A DNA stretch of 64,000 bases from contig OY970303.1 in the NCBI GenBank assembly GCA_963716255.1, positions 2,304,001 through 2,368,000 of the forward strand. The letters are read 5' to 3'. This document shows, one piece after another, positions 21,401-46,281 of this stretch (position 1 is its first letter; the number at the start of each line of letters is the position of its first letter). The DNA comes from an uncultured Gemmatimonadales bacterium (GTDB lineage Bacteria > Gemmatimonadota > Gemmatimonadetes > Longimicrobiales > Longimicrobiaceae). Below the pieces are notes generated by a model. It was not told the DNA's origin. It made no database searches and worked only from the letters and a program-made list of their open reading frames with translations. Made by a program: the position numbers and the translations under genes.

Positions 21401-24400
21401 ACCCAGCACCCGCGCGTACGCCGCAGGGGCCGCGCGGTCCCCCCCCGTGAGCACGTAGCGCAGCCCCGACAGCGCCCCCGGGATCACCTGCGCGTAGTGG
21501 TTGAACAGCACCGGCGTGATCAGCAGCGCCGTCACCCCCGCCGCCTCCAGCAGGCGACCGTACTCCGGCGCGTCCAGCAGCACCTCCTGCCCCACCACCA
21601 CGATGCGCCCGCCCCGAAGCAGCGGGCCCCACACCTCCAGCGTCGACGCGTCGAAGGCCGGGTTCGACGCCAGCGCCACCCGGTCCTCCGCATCCAGGTC
21701 CGCGTAGCCGTTGCTCAGCACCAGCTGCGTGATCGCCCGGTGCGGCACCATCACTCCCTTGGGCTCCCCCGTCGAGCCGGAGGTGTACATCACGTACGCC
21801 AACGCCTCCCCGCCCAGCCCACCCGCCGCGTCCAGCTCACCCGCCACGCCCGCCGCCCCGGCTCCGGAAAGCGTGTCCACGTCCACCCGATCCACACCCG
21901 GAAGCGGCGCAAGCGGCTCGCCCGAGCGGCTCAGCAGGAGGCGCGCGCCGCTGTCGGCGACCATGAAGGCGGTGCGCTCGGCCGGGTACGACGCGTCCAG
22001 CGGGACGTACGCCGCACCCGTCCTGAGCACCGCCAGCTCGGCCACCACCAGCTCGACCGAGCGCGGGAGCAGGAGGGCCACCCGGCTCCCGGCGCGCACC
22101 CCGCGCCGCCTGAGGTGCTGCGCCACCCCGTGGGCCCACGCGTCCAGCTCGGCGTACGTCAGCGTCCGCTCTCCCTGCACCACCGCAACGGCGCCGGGCG
22201 TGCGCCCGGCCTGCGCCGCGAACAGCTCGTGCACCCCCACCTCGCCCGGGTACGCCGACGCCGTCCGGTTCCACGCCTCCAGCAGCTGCCGGCGCTCCTC
22301 CTCCGCCAGCACCTCCAGCCGGTCCACCGGGCGATCGGCGTCGGCGGCCATCCCCTCCAGCACCCGCCGCAGGTACCCCGCGTACCGCTCCACCGTCTCC
22401 GGCTCGAACAGCGCCGTCGCGTACTCCATCCCCCCCACGATCCGCCCCTCCGCCTCCTGCAGCGACAGCGAAAGGTCGAACTTCGACGTCGCCTGGGGGG
22501 ACCGCTCAAGGAACGCGGGAGCCAGTCCCGGCAGCTCCAGCCGCCTCCGCCGCAGGTTCTCCCACGCGAACATCACCTGGAAGACGGGGTTGTGCGCCAG
22601 GCTGCGCGCCGGCTGCACCAGCTCCACCACCTGCTCGAAGGGAATGTCCTGGTGATCCTGGGCCTCGAGCGCGCGCGCCCGGACACGCGCCAGCAGCTCC
22701 GCCACCGTCGGCGCTCCCGACAGCTCCACGCGGATCGCGAGCGTGTTCACGAAGTAGCCGATCAGCCCCTCGATCTCGCGTCGCCCACGGTTGGCCGTAG
22801 GCGAGCCTACCACCACGTCCGTCTGGCCCGACAGCCGGCCCAGCATCACCGCCCACCCGGCCAGCAGCGTCATGTAGAGCGTCGTCCCGTGCCGGTGACT
22901 GAGCGCCTCCAGGCTCCCGGTCAGCTCTTCGTCCAGAACCACGGGGACCGACGCACCCGCGAACTGCTGCCGCGCCGGACGCGCGTGGTCAAGCGGGAGC
23001 TCGAGCAGTTCCGGAACACCCGCGAGCGCGCTCCTCCAGTACGCTGCCTGCTCCTGCCGGAGCTCTCCCTCCGCCCAGCGCCGCTGCCACTCCACGTGGT
23101 CGGCGTACTGCACCGGGAGAGGGGGGAGTGGATCACCCCCGCCGCACCCGCCGGAGGCGTACAGTGCCCCCAGCTCGCCGGCCAGCACCTCCATCGACCA
23201 CCCGTCCGAGACGATGTGGTGCACCGTCACCAGCAGCACGTGGTCCTCTGTCGCCAGCCGGACCAGGCGCCCGCGGACCAGCGGACCGTGCTCCAGGTCG
23301 AAAGGCGCGCGCGCCTCCTCGCCCACGATGCGACGCAGCTCCGCCTCCGCGTCCGGCCTGCCGCTCAGGTCCTGCTCCGCCAGTGGGAAGGAGCTCTCCG
23401 CCGCCGGGGCGATCCGCTGCCGCGGCTCGCCGTCCACCGCCACGAACGTGGTGCGCAGCGCCTCGTGGCGCGCCACGATCCGGTCCAGCGCACGGCCCAG
23501 CTCCGCGCCGTCCAGCGCACCCCTCAGGCGGACCTGTCTGGGGACGTTGTACGCGCCCCCTGCCCCCATCTGCTCCAGGAACCACAACCGCTGCTGGGCG
23601 GAAGAGAGCGGGAGCGGCCGATCGCGCGGGACGACTGCGAGGTCGGGGAGGCCGGTCGGCCCGGGCGCGCGCGTGGCGTCTACCCGGGCCGAGAGTCCGG
23701 CCACCGTGGGCACCTCGAAGATGTCGCGGAGGGAGAGCTCCGCCCCGAGCGCTTCGCGAAGGCGGGTCAGGATCTGCATCGCGAGGAGCGAGTGCCCCCC
23801 GAGACTGAAGAAGTCGTCGTGCACTCCCACTTCGGGGAGCCCGAGCAGCTCTTTCCATGTCTCCGCCACCGCCCGCTCCGTAGCGGTCGAGGGAGCGGCA
23901 CGGGGAGTGGACGGCGGGGCGCCGCAAGGCTCATCCCCGTCCTCTACGCTCCGCTCCACCGGCACCCCGGACGCGCGGAGACGGCCCAGCGTCTCCTGGA
24001 AATACGCCACGTCCGACCGTCGGGTGTACGCGTGCCGGAGGGAAGCCAGGACCGATGCCTCCGGCGCCCCCGCGTGGAGCGCGAAGGTGCCCAGCGTCCG
24101 CCCCGGTCCCACTTCGAGGAAGATGCGGCCGGGTGTCCGCAGCGCCTCGGCGAGCCCGTCGGCGAAGCGCACCACCCGTGTGAGGTGGGTTGCCCAGTAC
24201 CCGGGATCCGCGGCCTGCTCCGCGGTGATCCACGTCCCGGTGACGTTCGAGAGGAATGGGATGGAGGGAGCCCGCAGCCTCGTCCCGCGGACCAGCTCCG
24301 CCAGCGGCACGGAGACCGGCTCCATCGCCGCGGAGTGGAACGCATGCGAGGCGCGCAGGCGCCGCGCGCTCACTCCACGCCCGGCCAGCTCTTCCTCCAG

Positions 24401-25129
24401 CGCCGCGACCGCTCCGGGAGATCCGGAGACGGTGCAGAGCCCCGGGGCGTTGACCGCCGCGAGTGCTGCGCCGTCGCGGAGGAGCGGCAGGAGCTCGTCC
24501 GGCCCCAGCGGGAGGGCGAGCATCGCTCCCGGCGGGAGAGCATCGATCATCCGGGCGCGAGCCGCGACCAGGGAGAGCGCGTCCTCCAGGGCGAAGACCC
24601 CCGCGACCGTCGCGGCCACGTACTCCCCCAGGGAGTGCCCGATCATACAGTCCGGAACGACGCCACGTGCCATCCAGGCCCGGGCGAGCGCGTACTCCAC
24701 CACGAACACTGCCGGGTGGGCCAGCTCGGTGCGGTGGAGCGCCGACGGCTCCTCCTGCGCTTCCCCCCCGTCCCGCCCGAGCATCCTGCGGAGGTCGGGC
24801 TCCCCGGAGCCGGCCTCGTCCACACCCGCCGTGCCGGCCGGATAGAGGGCGTCGCGCACGTCCACACCAAGGTGCGGGCGGAGGATCTCCGCGCACCGGT
24901 CCACCTCGGCACGGAACACCGGCTCGCTCTCATAGAGGCCGCGCGCCATTCCGGGGTACTGGTCGCCCACCCCGGGGAAGAGGAAGACGACGCTGGCCCC
25001 CCATCCCTCCACCGCTCCCACATCGGCTTTCCCCGCGGGCGCAGCGCGGTCCGGCCCAAAATCCACGGTTCCGTGAGGCGCAGGACGCTCTCGGCAACGT
25101 GAGCGGCTCATTCGATCGTCACTGCGCAT
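9500..25129 (-). CDS. NRPS gene A: AT-ACP-C-A-T-dualE/C-A-T-dualE/C-A(Gly)-NMT-T-C-A-T
   Basis: 5209-aa ORF. AT motifs [21 protein letters not shown]; carrier GGHSLL; four A domains (DALLLGCTFK, DARHVGVVDK, DILQLGVIWK, DALLLGCTFK). MT insert [12 protein letters not shown]...[11 protein letters not shown] motifs HHLLKTEGD and HHILATEGD. The true start may be a GTG about 100 nt downstream. Confidence 0.95.
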   Translation of the reverse strand: MRSDDRMSRSRCRERPAPHGTVDFGPDRAAPAGKADVGAVEGWGASVVFLFPGVGDQYPGMARGLYESEPVFRAEVDRCAEILRPHLGVDVRDALYPAGTAGVDEAGSGEPDLRRMLGRDGGEAQEEPSALHRTELAHPAVFVVEYALARAWMARGVVPDCMIGHSLGEYVAATVAGVFALEDALSLVAARARMIDALPPGAMLALPLGPDELLPLLRDGAALAAVNAPGLCTVSGSPGAVAALEEELAGRGVSARRLRASHAFHSAAMEPVSVPLAELVRGTRLRAPSIPFLSNVTGTWITAEQAADPGYWATHLTRVVRFADGLAEALRTPGRIFLEVGPGRTLGTFALHAGAPEASVLASLRHAYTRRSDVAYFQETLGRLRASGVPVERSVEDGDEPCGAPPSTPRAAPSTATERAVAETWKELLGLPEVGVHDDFFSLGGHSLLAMQILTRLREALGAELSLRDIFEVPTVAGLSARVDATRAPGPTGLPDLAVVPRDRPLPLSSAQQRLWFLEQMGAGGAYNVPRQVRLRGALDGAELGRALDRIVARHEALRTTFVAVDGEPRQRIAPAAESSFPLAEQDLSGRPDAEAELRRIVGEEARAPFDLEHGPLVRGRLVRLATEDHVLLVTVHHIVSDGWSMEVLAGELGALYASGGCGGGDPLPPLPVQYADHVEWQRRWAEGELRQEQAAYWRSALAGVPELLELPLDHARPARQQFAGASVPVVLDEELTGSLEALSHRHGTTLYMTLLAGWAVMLGRLSGQTDVVVGSPTANRGRREIEGLIGYFVNTLAIRVELSGAPTVAELLARVRARALEAQDHQDIPFEQVVELVQPARSLAHNPVFQVMFAWENLRRRRLELPGLAPAFLERSPQATSKFDLSLSLQEAEGRIVGGMEYATALFEPETVERYAGYLRRVLEGMAADADRPVDRLEVLAEEERRQLLEAWNRTASAYPGEVGVHELFAAQAGRTPGAVAVVQGERTLTYAELDAWAHGVAQHLRRRGVRAGSRVALLLPRSVELVVAELAVLRTGAAYVPLDASYPAERTAFMVADSGARLLLSRSGEPLAPLPGVDRVDVDTLSGAGAAGVAGELDAAGGLGGEALAYVMYTSGSTGEPKGVMVPHRAITQLVLSNGYADLDAEDRVALASNPAFDASTLEVWGPLLRGGRIVVVGQEVLLDAPEYGRLLEAAGVTALLITPVLFNHYAQVIPGALSGLRYVLTGGDRAAPAAYARVLGEGGRVRIYNCYGPTETTTFSLAHGVEVGEAVEGGRGIPIGRPKGNTRAYVLDGSGAPVPVGVVGELYVGGAGVALGYWGRAGLTAEKFVPDGLGGAAGGRLYRTGDLVRWRGEGEVEFVGRNDFQVKVRGFRIELSEIEARLGEHGGVEEAVVVAREEGAGEKRLVAYYVGDAGVEALRGHLGDRVAEYMVPGAYVRLAALPRTPNGKVDRRGLPAPEGDAYARRGYEAPVGETEGVLAQIWAEVLGVERVGRHDHFFELGGHSLLAVKLVARMRARGLHAGVHALFTAPTLARLAAVLGSRDSLEVKVPPNGIRTPCEAISVEMLPLVELSPAEIEGIVAAVAGGARNVQDIYPLAPLQEGILFHHLLKTEGDLYQLVTLYGFDTRAGLDAYLVALQAVIDRHDILRTSVIWEGLREPVQVVWREARVEVEEVVLDPADGDAGTQLYRRFDPGHHRMDVRRAPLMRAYAARDEARDRWVLLYHQHHLIGDHVTKEVLEGEVRAHLHGRADALPAPLPFRNYVAQARLGVSRAEHEVFFRELLGDVEEPTAPFGLLDVWGDGSGIAEAALMLDEPLAAGLRARARELGVSAASLWHVAIAQVLALVSGRDDVVFGTVLFGRMQGAEGSDRVLGPHINTLPVRVRVAVEGVGASVRGTHRQLTELLRHEHASLALAQRCSRVEAPAPLFTALLNYRHSAGVTSRTAEVWEGIRGNWTNYPVTLLVDDLGRGFGLKAQVPASVGPERVCAMVHRALAGLVEALERAPERPVGRLDVLPEGERRRVLEEWNATEAEFPRGACLHELFEAQVERTPDAVALVFEGEALSYADLNARANRLAHHLRALGVGPEVRVGLCVERSLELMIGLLGVLKAGGAYVALDPEYPPERLRYMLVDSEPAVLLTRGAPAGRFGGLPVPVVSLDGDAGAWADRPSSNPPRAGLTPAHLAYVIYTSGSTGHPKGVLVEHRSIVNALWWMQEAWPLRGDDVVLQKTPYSFDASLRELVPPLLAGARLVVARPGGHRDPSYLLETIRREGVTTLHFVPTMLRVLVQEGDLGRCTTLRRVVCGGEALPRELARRFQAQVPGARLYNVYGPTEAAVDVTAWSCAGEAGAGEGTIPIGRPMANTRLYVLDRGGEPVPAGVVGELYIGGVQVARGYRNRAEHTAERFVPDGFGGEGGGRLYRTGDLGRWVGEGAIEFVGRGDAQVKVRGFRIELGEIESRLGEHRGIREAVVVAREEAGGERRLVAYCVGGEVPEAEVLRAFLSERLPEHMVPAAYVRLEALPRTPSGKVDRRALPAPEGDAYARGGYEAPEGEVEQALAEIWAEVLKVERVGRWDNFTELGGHSLKAVMLIGRMRRRGLHAEISALFTTPTLADLAAAVGRKSFEVAVPPNRIPTPCETITPEMLPLVELSQAEIDRIVAGVPGGARNVQDVYPLAPLQEGILFHHILATEGDPYLLAGLYSFDTRWRVDAYVDALQAVVDRHDVLRTAVVWEGLREPVQVVWREARLQVDELEVDAAGGDAAKQLWARFDPSHHRMDVVRAPLMRVYVARDAARSRWLLLLLRHHLMSDHTAQEVLEKEVQAHLLGRAHELPAPLPFRNYVAQARLGVSRAEHEAYFRKLVGDVEEPTAPFGLLDVWGDGSGVAEARLAVDGKLAARLRERARKLGASAASACHVAWAQVLARVSGRDDVVFGTVLFGRMQGGEGSDRVLGPFINTLPVRVRVGPEGVEASVRGTHRQLAELMRHEHASLTLAQRCSGVAAPAPLFSALLNYRHSGGGGEAGTAEPGRTLEGSQLIHGVGRTNYPVRLSVDDLGEGLSLTAFAPVSVGPGRVCAMMHRALESLVEALEEAPARPLASLEVLPSAERARVVEEWNRTDAAYPAGACVHELFEAEAARTPAAVALVHGDGTLTYGELNARANRLAHHLRERGVGPDVRVGLCAERGLEMMVGLLGVLKAGGAYVPLDPHYPEDRLRFVLRHSAPAVLLTQGPTAGRLAGLHVPVVDLDADAPAWADQPETDPPRAGLTPDHLAYVIYTSGSTGEPKGVMNLHGGVVNLLWSMRTTLRMEATDRLLAVTTVAFDISVLELFLPLLSGARVEILDRAVGSDPALLQRAISACGGTVMQATPATWRLLIESGWQGEEGLRALCGGEALPAELAARLGERVAELWNVYGPTETTIWSSVHPVGTASPAGRGHVPLGAPLANTRIYVLDASGEPVPACVVGELYIGGTGVARGYLDRPELTAERFVADPFGSAPGGRLYRTGDLGRWLPDGTLEFVGRNDTQVKVRGYRIELGEIEAKLAEHAAVREAVVLAREDSAGDRRLVAYVVPDWDRVDEAATGGEAAGEGWEAEHQTDWMTAWDYAYGRAYAAADPTFDISGWNSSYTGEPVPPEEMREWVDATVARIGTLSPRRVLEIGCGTGLLLSRVAPGCARYVGTDFSARALRGIDGLRREQPELQHVELLERTADDFGGFERGSFDTVVINSVVQYLPGLEYLMRVLEGAARVVEPGGHVFVGDVRDLRLLGAFRTAVETYASPATRPVAEWRDRAEQAQAQEAELVIDPGFFWSLGQQVESIGRVETLQKRGRFRNELTEFRYDVVLHVGQADESPAEGTWLSWEAGRLTLESLESWLEETSDDVVVVQGIPNSRVSGALKQLEIRRSGQGVDTVGEVRRRAVAEGVDPDALWRLGEALGWTVEVKLAESNDAGRMDALFTKVAAPAGRRAFPTRTRWEHRELAAYATDPLRGRRTGVLVPRLREHLHERLPEYMVPASYVAMERLPLTPNGKVDRKALPAPEGDAYARRAYEAPASETELALAEIWSEVLGVEGVGRWDSFFELGGHSLLAVQVISRVRQVMGAEAALGDMFERPGLAEFARGLETAARAELPPIEPVDRSGRLALSYAQQRLWFLEQLGHMGSTYHVRRRLRLRGALDRAALVRALDRIVARHEALRTTFVVVDGEPEQRIAPVEESAFHLLEHDLGASPGAEAELQHLAAAEARAPFDLEGGPVIRGRLIRLAEDDHVLLVTMHHVVSDAWSMGLLDGELSVLYGAYRGGEEDPLPSLPVQYADYAAWQRRWVDGAVLDAQAAYWSRVLRGVPELLELPTDHARPARQDHAGATVGVELGEELTAALRALGRRHGVTLFMTLLAGWATVLSRLSGQTDVVIGAPTANRGRGEIERLIGFFVNTLALRVELTGAPAVAELLGRVKARVLEAQQNQDIPFEQVVELVQPARSLAHSPVFQVMFAWQNTRRDRLELPGLEVGPVQETRQATSKFDLSLSLQEAEGRIVGGVEYATALFEPETVERYAGYLRRVLEGMAADADRPVDRLEVLAEEERRQLLEAWNRTASAYPGEVGVHELFAAQAGRTPGAVAVVQGERTLTYAELDAWAHGLAQHLRRRGVRAGSRVALLLPRSVELVVAELAVLRAGAAYVPLDASYPAERTAFMIADSGARLLLSRSGEPLAPLPGVDRVDVDTLSGAGAAGVAGELDAAGGLGGEALAYVMYTSGSTGEPKGVMVPHRAITQLVLSNGYADLDSEDRVALASNPAFDASTLEVWGPLLRGGRIVVVGQEVLLDAPEYGRLLEAAGVTALLITPVLFNHYAQVIPGALSGLRYVLTGGDRAAPAAYARVLGEGGRVRIYNCYGPTETTTFSLAHAVEVGEAVEGGRGIPIGRPKGNTRAYVLDGSGAPVPVGVVGELYVGGAGVALGYWGRAGLTAEKFVPDGLGGAAGGRLYRTGDLVRWRGEGEVEFVGRNDFQVKVRGFRIELSEIEARLGEHEGVEEAVVVAREEGAGEKRLVAYYVGDAGVEALRGHLGDRVAEYMVPGAYVRLAALPRTPNGKVDRRGLPAPEGDAYARRGYEAPVGETEGVLAQIWAEVLGVERVGRHDHFFELGGHSLLVVKLVPRIKQHLDADVALSDVFEKPVLSALAQHVLDVQLDQFDTLEIAHLTALVRGASVG
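9681..11940. repeat. Near-identical A-T block (DALLLGCTFK type); other copies about 20601-22490, 28661-30380, 32061-34330
   Basis: The same nucleotide text and shadow ORFs (e.g. [13 protein letters not shown] at 10231, 21151, 29215, 32616) recur four times. Confidence 0.92.
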
Positions 25130-25620
25130 GAGGGGAGCGGTGTCCTTGGGTGGGAAAACGTCGTGAACAGCGGTGCCGTACTGTTTCGGCAGGGGCTTCC
25201 GGCCACCGGGCTCTCAAGCGTCGTACACGTAAGGGGAGGTGCGGACATTCCGCACCGCCGCTCATCCGGCTTCCAGCGGGTCGGGATACCCTCCGACTCT
25301 CCAGGGCCGCTTCGCCGCGTCGGAGGCACACCCGCACAGGAGCCCACCACCAGGATCGGGGCCCTCGTCGGGATCCCGGGAGGACGTCCGATACCGGAAA
25401 ACGCTCCGGTATCGGCACCGGGAACAGGGCAAACGCGATTTCCAGCAGAAGAATGTCCCCATCAGCCGCTTTACGGTCCCGTGAGGCAAAATAAAAGCGC
25501 CCGGTGATTGCCATTTCGCCCCAGATCTTCTCCCGGTGAACCGCTACAGTCCGCCCGATGGGCCAGGGATGTGCCCGGCTAACAGCACCAGAGCCGACTG
25601 CCAGGACGCAGGAAGCCCTA

Positions 25621-26813
25621 GTGGATCACCCCGGCTGAGGTGATGGGTATCGGGAGGAGAACTTCTCCCGAGCCTTGGCGGTTGTGAAACGCCACTGAAT
25701 CGTGGCCTTGCTGCCGTTGCGGTCGCGGCACCAGACGGCGGTTTCACGCTGCACGACTTCCATGCTGGGCAGGCGCCGGTCCAAGCATTGAGTGCCGAGC
25801 ACGGAGAACTCCACCTCGGCCATGTTCAACCAGCTTGCATGCTTGGGCGTGTGGTGCAACTCCAGGCGCTTTGCGATCCGGCTTGCTTCCTCGGGCGCGA
25901 ACGCCTGGTAGAGCGAGGCCGGCGTGTGCGTGTTCAGGTTGTCCAGCACCACGCGGACCTTCTCCGCCTCCGGAAAATGCACGTCCACCAGATCCCGCAT
26001 GCAGTGGGCGAAGTCGATCGCGGTGCGCCGCTGCGTGACCTTGACCTCTCGCCAGGCGGTGTCGGGGCTGAAGAAGAGGAAGAGGTTGCACGTGCCTTCG
26101 CGCCGGTACTCGTAGTCGAACCGCTCGGCCTGCCCCGGTCGCGCCGGCAGCGGCATGCGCACCTCGGACAGAAGTTGCAGAGGCATCTCGTCAAAGGCCA
26201 CACGCGGCCGCTTCGGGTCGTTCGGCTCTGCATACAGGTCGAGCACGTCCTCCATCCGCCAGACGAATTCGGCCGTGATCTCCGGGATCAGCCACTGCTG
26301 GCGCTGCCACGGCTTCGTCTTGCTTTTTTGAGCGTGCGGCGCACCGTCTCATCCGAGATCGAGTCCACCGCCCCCAGTTCCACCAGCCGGTCCGCGAGCA
26401 TCTGCATGCTCCAGCGGGCGCGCCCACCAGGCACGTCGCTGCAGGCCAGCGCCAGGAGCAGGGCCTCCGCTTTGCCTGTCAGCTTCGGCGGCATCGGCGG
26501 GCGGGGTTTCTCTGAGAGAGCCGCCTCCAGCCCTTCTTCCACGAAGCGCTTGCGGATGCGCTCCACCGTAGCGACCCCGACGCCCACGCCCGCGACGATC
26601 TGCTCGTCCGTGGCACCCTCGTCGGAGCGCAGCACCACCAGAGCGCGTTTGATCCGCCGCGCGCTTGCCTTCCCCTTGCGCGTGAGCACAAGCAGATCGC
26701 TGCGCTCCTGCTCCGTCAGCTTCACCTTGTACCGCTTCGTCATCCTTCGGCTCCTGTACAACTGCGTACCCAAAGCCGAAGGATACCCCATCAACTCACT
26801 CGTGGTGCCCCAC
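25621..26813 (-). mobile_element. IS630-family insertion sequence
   Basis: Imperfect terminal IRs (GTGGATCACCCCGGCTGAGGTGATGGGTATC vs GTGGGGCACCACGAGTGAGTTGATGGGGTATC), flanked by TA at 25619-20 and 26814-15. Encloses HTH and DDE ORFs. Confidence 0.92.
25626..26743 (-). CDS. IS630 transposase, two ORFs joined by a -1 frameshift
   Basis: OrfA MTKRYKVKLTEQER...RRTLKK (HTH). A -1 shift at AAAAAAG (A6 at 26324-26329) gives SKTKPWQRQQWLIPEITAEFVWRMEDVLD..., then DE, DNLNTH and TPKHASWLNMAE. Confidence 0.9.
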
Positions 26814-26869
26814 TAGACTCCGGACGACCGGGGCGGGGACGGGTAGGATTCCATCACGACGCACCGAGG

Positions 26870-29800
26870 TCAGGGGCCCGGGACAACATCTGTCGTGAAA
26901 TGCGAGGCAAGATCTCGCACGTTGGGGCTGTTCAGCGCCGTCATGTGGTTTCCAGCCCCCACGAGGAAGGAAAGGGCGGGGGCCCAGCGCTTCCAACCCT
27001 GCACTGCCTTTACGGAGTGCGATTGGTTTGCGCCTGAATCATATCTTGAATCGCGCAGGAGTACAAGTCGTAGCGAGGCCGGGTAGATCTCGTCGGGCCA
27101 GTAAGTTGCGCGCAGACAGGAAGAAAAGGTCCGGAAAGGGCCCCGCAGCACCTCCGGGGCCGAGCGGCGGGGCAGGAGGCCCAGCCTTACCAGGCGCCCG
27201 TGGAGAAGTTCGAGCCTTCCGGCCTCGTCCAGGACGGCGATCTCTTCCGCTCCGATCTCCAGCGGGCGCTCCGCGGTCAGCTCGAAGACCTCGACCAGTT
27301 TGAGAAAGGCCTCTCCGCCATCGTATTCCGCGATATGGCCACCCTCCTCGTCCGGCACCTCACTGTCCAGGATGGTGAGCGAGCCCACTGTACGTCCGGC
27401 CCCGCGCAGGCGCAGGGCCATCTCGAACGCGACCCAGCCGCCGAAGGAGTGCCCCAGCAGGTGGACGGGGCCGGTGGGCTGTGCGTCGTGAAGGGCACGA
27501 AGGTAGTGCTCCGCGGCGGCCGCTACCGTCGAGTGTGGGACCATGTCACCATCCAGCCCTCGGGGCTGGAACGCGTGGATCGGCCGGGCAGGATCCAGGT
27601 ACCCGCCCAGCTCAGCGAAGCTGGCCACGCTCGCCCCTGCTCCGGGGACGCAAAACAGGGGAACGCCCCCGGCCTTTCCGAATCGCAGCGTCACCAGAGG
27701 CGAATACGCCTCCTCCGGCAGCGCCTCCCGGTGCTCGGCCGCAAGACCGACCTCACGCGACAGTGCTTCGCCGAGGGACCGGACGTTGCGCGCTTCCATC
27801 ATGGAAAGGTGTGTCCCCGGCACCGGCGACAGCCGGGTGGGCGCGTCGCCCGCCAGGGCCTGCCAGCCCCGCTGCAGGTCAGGGTCGGTGCTCTCCTGCG
27901 CGGGAAAGAGGTGGACGGGGAGCGGGAGCGGGTGCGGGAAATACTCCCGCAGCGCACGGCGGTTGGCCGACACGCGGTCCTGCATCTCCTGCGCCTGTGC
28001 CGCCGTGACATGATCGGGGAGCAACCCCTTCTCGCGGCACCTCCTGACGAACGTCTCCATGTCTGTCCCCGGGGCGGCGGCCTGCTCTCCGATCCGCGGG
28101 CCGGTGCTCCCTCCCGGTGCCTCAGCCATGCGCAGCACGCCGAGCAACAGGGCGTAGTCGCGCCCGGGATCCTCCGCTCTGCTTCTCGCGACGGCGGGAT
28201 GGTACGTGTCCATCATGCCGACGAACTCGACAGCCTGGTCCTGGCCGATGAGCTGTGAAGCCATCTCGTAGGCGAGGACCCCGCCGAAGGACCACCCGGC
28301 CAGCCGGTACGGGCCCACCGGCTGCACCTCGCGGAGCATTCGCACCAGCCGTGTCGCCATCCCTTCCACGGTGCGGAGGCGTGGCCCCGAGGCGGCTGTC
28401 GCCGGCAGGGCGAACACCGGGATCTCGGCATCGATGTGAGGCTGCAGCACCCACGCGTAGGCCACCGACCCTGCTCCCTCGTGGACCAGGAAGAGCGGGC
28501 TCTTCGAACCGGTCGGCCGGACGGGAATCGCACGGTCGTCCCGGACCCGGCCCCCGTCTCCCCGCATCAGGGTCGCGAGTGATTCGACTGTCGGATGGGA
28601 GAAGAGATCCGCCAGCGCCACGTCCCCACCCAGCCGCTGCCGGATCCTGGAGACCAGCTTCACCGCCAGCAGGGAGTGGCCGCCCAGCTCGAAGAAGTGG
28701 TCGTGGCGGCCCACCCGCTCCACCCCCAGCACCTCCGCCCAGATCTGCGCCAGCACCCCCTCCGTCTCCCCCACGGGCGCCTCGTAGCCCCGCCGCGCGT
28801 ACGCATCCCCCTCCGGCGCCGGCAGCCCCCGGCGGTCCACCTTCCCGTTCGGCGTCCGCGGAAGCGCCGCCAGGCGCACGTACGCCCCCGGGACCATGTA
28901 CTCCGCCACGCGATCCCCAAGGTGCCCCCGCAGCGCCTCCACACCCGCATCCCCCACGTAGTACGCCACCAGACGCTTCTCCCCGGCCCCCTCCTCCCGC
29001 GCCACCACCACCGCCTCCTCCACTCCCCCGTGCTCCCCCAGCCGTGCCTCGATCTCGCTCAGCTCGATCCGGAACCCTCGCACCTTCACCTGGAAGTCGT
29101 TCCGACCCACGAACTCCACCTCTCCCTCCCCACGCCACCTCACCAGGTCCCCCGTCCGGTACAGACGCCCCCCCGCAGCCCCCCCCAACCCGTCCGGAAC
29201 GAACTTCTCCGCCGTCAGCCCCGCTCGACCCCAGTAGCCCAGCGCCACCCCAGCGCCCCCCACGTACAGCTCCCCCACCACCCCCACCGGAACCGGCGCC
29301 CCCGACCCGTCCAGCACGTACGCTCGCGTGTTCCCCTTCGGCCGCCCGATCGGGATCCCCCGCCCCCCCTCCATCGCCTCCCCCACCTCCACCCCGTGCG
29401 CCAGCGAGAACGTGGTCGTCTCCGTCGGCCCGTAGCAGTTGTAGATCCGCACACGGCCCCCCTCACCCAGTACCCGCGCGTACGCCGCAGGGGCCGCGCG
29501 GTCCCCCCCCGTGAGCACGTAGCGCAGCCCCGACAGCGCCCCCGGGATCACCTGCGCGTAGTGGTTGAACAGCACCGGCGTGATCAGCAGCGCCGTCACC
29601 CCCGCTTCCTCCAGCAGGCGACCGTACTCCGGCGCGTCCAGCAGCACCTCCTGCCCCACCACCACGATGCGCCCGCCCCGAAGCAGCGGGCCCCACACCT
29701 CCAGCGTCGACGCGTCGAAGGCCGGGTTCGACGCCAGCGCCACCCGGTCCTCTGCATCCAGATCCGCGTAGCCGTTGCTCAGCACCAGCTGCGTGATCGC

Positions 29801-31941
29801 CCGGTGCGGCACCATCACTCCCTTGGGCTCCCCCGTCGAGCCGGAGGTGTACATCACGTACGCCAACGCCTCCCCGCCCAGCCCACCCGCCGCGTCCAGC
29901 TCACCCGCCACGCCCGCCGCCCCGGCTCCGGAAAGCGTGTCCACGTCCACCCGATCCACACCCGGAAGCGGCGCAAGCGGCTCGCCCGAACGGCTCAGCA
30001 GGAGGCGCGCGCCGCTGTCGGCGATCATGAAGGCCGTGCGCTCGGCCGGGTACGACGCGTCCAGCGGGACGTACGCCGCACCCGCCCTGAGCACCGCCAG
30101 CTCGGCCACCACCAGCTCGACCGAGCGCGGGAGCAGGAGGGCCACCCGGCTCCCGGCGCGCACCCCGCGCTGCCTGAGGTGCTGCGCCAGCCCGTGGGCC
30201 CACGCGTCCAGCTCGGCGTACGTCAGCGTCCGCTCCCCCTGCACCACCGCAACGGCGCCGGGCGTGCGCCCGGCCTGCGCCGCGAACAGCTCGTGCACGC
30301 CCACCTCGCCCGGGTACGCCGACGCCGTCCGGTTCCACGCCTCCAGCAGCTGCCGGCGCTCCTCCTCCGCCAGCACCTCCAGCTGGTCCATGGGACGCTC
30401 CGGCGCCGCTTCCAGCGCCTCCACCATGCTCTCCAGCGCCCGGTGCATCATCGCGCACACGCGCTCCGGACCCACGGACGCCGGCACCTGTGCCGTCAGC
30501 CCGAACCCCTCGCCCCAGTCGTCCACCGACAGCGCCACCGGGTAGTTCGTCCGCTCTTCTCCGTGGATCTCCCGCACACCCGCCCGCGACCCGTTCCCCT
30601 CCGCGGAGCGGCTGGCCCCGGCCGCACTTCCGCCGTGGCGGTAGTTCAACAGCGAGGTGAAAAGCGGGGTCGGTGCCTGTACGCCGCTGCTCCGCTGCGC
30701 CAACGCCAGCGAGGCGTGCTCGTGCCGCAACAGCTCTACCAGCTGCCGGTGCGTCCTCCGAACGCCTGTCTCCGCGCCCTCCGAGGCTACCCGCACCCGG
30801 ACCGGCAGCGTGTTGACGAAGGGTCCCAGCACCCGGCCGGCGCCCGCTCCGCCCTGCATCCGGCCGAAGAGCACCGTTCCGAACACCACGTCGCGGCGGC
30901 CCGACACCCGCGCCAGCACCAGCGCCCAGGCAACGTGGCAGACGCTCGCCGCGCTCACCCCCAGCTTCCGTGCGCGCGCCCGCAGCCGCGCCGCCAGTCC
31001 CCCGTCCACCGGGACCCGCGCTTCCGCGATGCCGGACCCGTCGCCCCAGGCGTCCAGCAGACCGTACGGCGCCGTCGGCTCGTCCACGTCCCCCAGCAGC
31101 TCGCGGAAGTACGACTCGTGCTCCGCCCGGTTCACCCCAAGGCGCGCCTGCGCCACGTAGCTGCGAAACGGCAGCGGAGCCGGGAGCTCGTGCGACCGCC
31201 CCAGCAGGTGCGCCCGGACCTCATCCTTCAGCACCTCGAACGTTACGTGGTCGCCGATGAGGTGATGATGTTGCCGCAGCAGCACCCAGCGGTCCCGTGC
31301 CGCATCCCGCGCGGCGTAGAGGCGCATCAGCGGCGCCCGACGCACGTCCAGCCGGTTCCGGCGGGGGCCGAACCGCCGGTGCAGCTGCCTCGCCACGTCG
31401 CCCCCGGCCGGGTCCGGCTCCACCTCCTCCACTTCCAGCCGGACCTCCCGCCACACCACCTGCATCGGTTCGGACAATCCCTCCCACATCACCGAAGTGC
31501 GCAGCACGTCGTGCCGGGCGACCACCGCCTGCAGCGCAGCCACGTACGCGTCCAGGCGCTCGCGGCTGTCGAAGGCGGACAGGCTCGACAGCAGGTAAGG
31601 ATCCCCCTCCGGAGTCATCAGGTGGTGGAACAGGATCCCTTCCTGGAGCGGCGCCAGCGGGTAGACGTCCTGCACGTTCCCCGCTCCACCAGCCACTGCC
31701 GCCGCGATCCCGGACATCTCCGCCTCGCTCAGCTCCAGCAGGGGCACGTGACGGTCCGCGGACGAGGCGGGGAGATGTCCTCCGGACCGGACCACCTCCA
31801 GGAGAGCCTGCTTGTTCTCCCGCAGCAGGGCGATCAGCGCTGGATCCAGAGCCCGGCTCTTCGTACGGACGACCAGCTCGTCGGCATCCACCGCAAGCTC
31901 CACCTTCTCTTCGGCGAGCCGGACCAGAAGCTCACGGACGG

Positions 31942-31945
<4 letters not shown>
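26870..31945 (-). CDS. Terminal NRPS gene D: docking domain-dualE/C-A-T-TE-TE
   Basis: Start MTVRELLVRLAEEKVELAVDADELVVR at 31945 overlaps the gene C stop (ATGA). HHLMTPEGD; A code DALLLGCTFK; two thioesterases GWSFGG...GTHLSM and GHSFGG...GNHMT. Confidence 0.94.
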
Positions 31946-44841
<12,896 letters not shown>

Positions 44842-45507
44842 GGATAACCCGGATTTGCGACCCAGCGAGCACAGCCGATGCTGTTGGGTGGGCGCGTAAG
44901 GAAGAGGTCAAAACGAGCCCGGTGGCTAAACGGCATCGATGGGCCGCATGGGCTGCGGGATCAGGCTCGCGGGAACCGGGACCGTCCCGCGTCCGGAACC
45001 GGAGCGATTCCGATCCAGGGGTTGCACGGGTGTGGCGAGAGGTCTTCCGCCGCAGAGGCAACGGAGAGCCGTCCAGGGCCACGGCAAGCGCCTTCCCGCC
45101 GGAAGCTGGTGCTACCCGGGGCCGGGAAGGCCTTGACCAGAGCGGCCATGGCGGTGGTGAGCACGCCGGGGGTGCAGGCCCACGGGAAAAGCGCCTCCTT
45201 TCGCTTTTCGCCCTCGACTCGTCGAGAGGGCGGACACGGCCCTCAGCGGTGGGGCCGGTCTGCGCCTGAGCGTAGCTGCAAAGTGGAGATGCGCTACGGA
45301 CTCCGTCGCTGGCGGCTAATAACAGCAGAGAAAAAGATCTCCCCGGAACGACGGTTCCGTCAAGACACGACGGCCCTCCATCTCGCGAGCCGCGACGAAC
45401 GGATTGTCCGATATCGTGCGTGCCAACCGGGCACCGCGGTGACCTTTTCAGCGAAATTTTTCCATGCTCCCCATGCGGAATTTTGGTCGATTACGAGCGC
45501 GACTACC

Positions 45508-45536
45508 TTGACAGCATCCATGCGCTTTCTTATTCA
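45508..45536 (+). promoter_or_regulatory. Possible sigma70-type promoter upstream of the syrP-like/DAO genes
   Basis: TTGACA-N17-TATTCA in an AT-richer intergenic patch; the -10 is weak. Confidence 0.3.
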
Positions 45537-45602
45537 TCCTACCCCTTTCACGTCAGTCCGCGGCGGTCGGTGGGCAGCGATCTCCGGCAACCCGGGTACC
45601 CC

Positions 45603-46281
45603 GTGGAGACCGGGTTGTCACACGGTCCGTCCCTGCTCCTAGTCGAGGCGCACGGCCCGCCACCGCACCAGCAGACGTGGAGAGCTCATGGCGCCCTCCT
45701 CTTCCGCCGCCGACAGCCGTCGCGTGTACCGCCGCATCCCCCCCGGCATCCGCGAGCGCTTCGGGCGGCTGGGGGTGATGTACGTGCGCAACTACACGCC
45801 GTGGATGGACCTTCCCTGGCAGAACGTCTTCCAGGCCGAGACGCCCGAGGAAGTGGACGAGTACTGCCGGTCCGCGGGCATCGAGGCGGAGTGGGTGGAC
45901 GAGGACCACCCGCGCACCCGGCAGGTGTGCCAGGGGGTGGCCACGCACCCCGCCACCGGCGAGAAGGTGTGGATGAACCAGGCGCACCTGTTCCACGTGT
46001 CCAGCCAGGACCCGGACGTGGTGGAGGTCCCGCTGGCGGAGTTCGGCGAGGAAAGCCTGCCGCGCAACACCTACTACGGCGACGGCTCGCCCATCGACCC
46101 GGAGGACTTCGCCGCCATCCGCGCCGCGTACGAGGCCGAGGCGCTGGTCTTCCCCTGGGAAACGGGCGACGTGCTGCTGCTGGACAACATGCTCATGGCG
46201 CACGCGCGCTCCCCCGCGGGGCCAGCCTTTCAGGCGACCGACCACGCTCTCCCACAGCCTCTCCCAGGATACGATGTCTGA
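45603..46281 (+). pseudogene. SyrP-like TauD/TfdA Fe(II)/2OG dioxygenase, internally deleted
   Basis: One frame reads ...LLLVEA...HGALLFR and switches frame directly to ADSRRVY...VMYVRNY...HPATGEKVWMNQAHLFH...GDVLLLDNMLMAHAR. The segment with the HxD/E iron ligands is absent and the C-terminus diverges after HARSP. Confidence 0.82.

Noticed and set aside
44842..45500. Several short ORFs in the intergenic region upstream of gene C (also 25130-25620)
   Set aside because: No motifs, RBS or coding-like composition; no MbtH or KS remnant recognised.
45584..45618. Hairpin GGCAACCCGG...CCGGGTTGTC as a riboswitch
   Set aside because: Single stem with no recognisable aptamer consensus; overlaps the pseudogene's 5' remnant.
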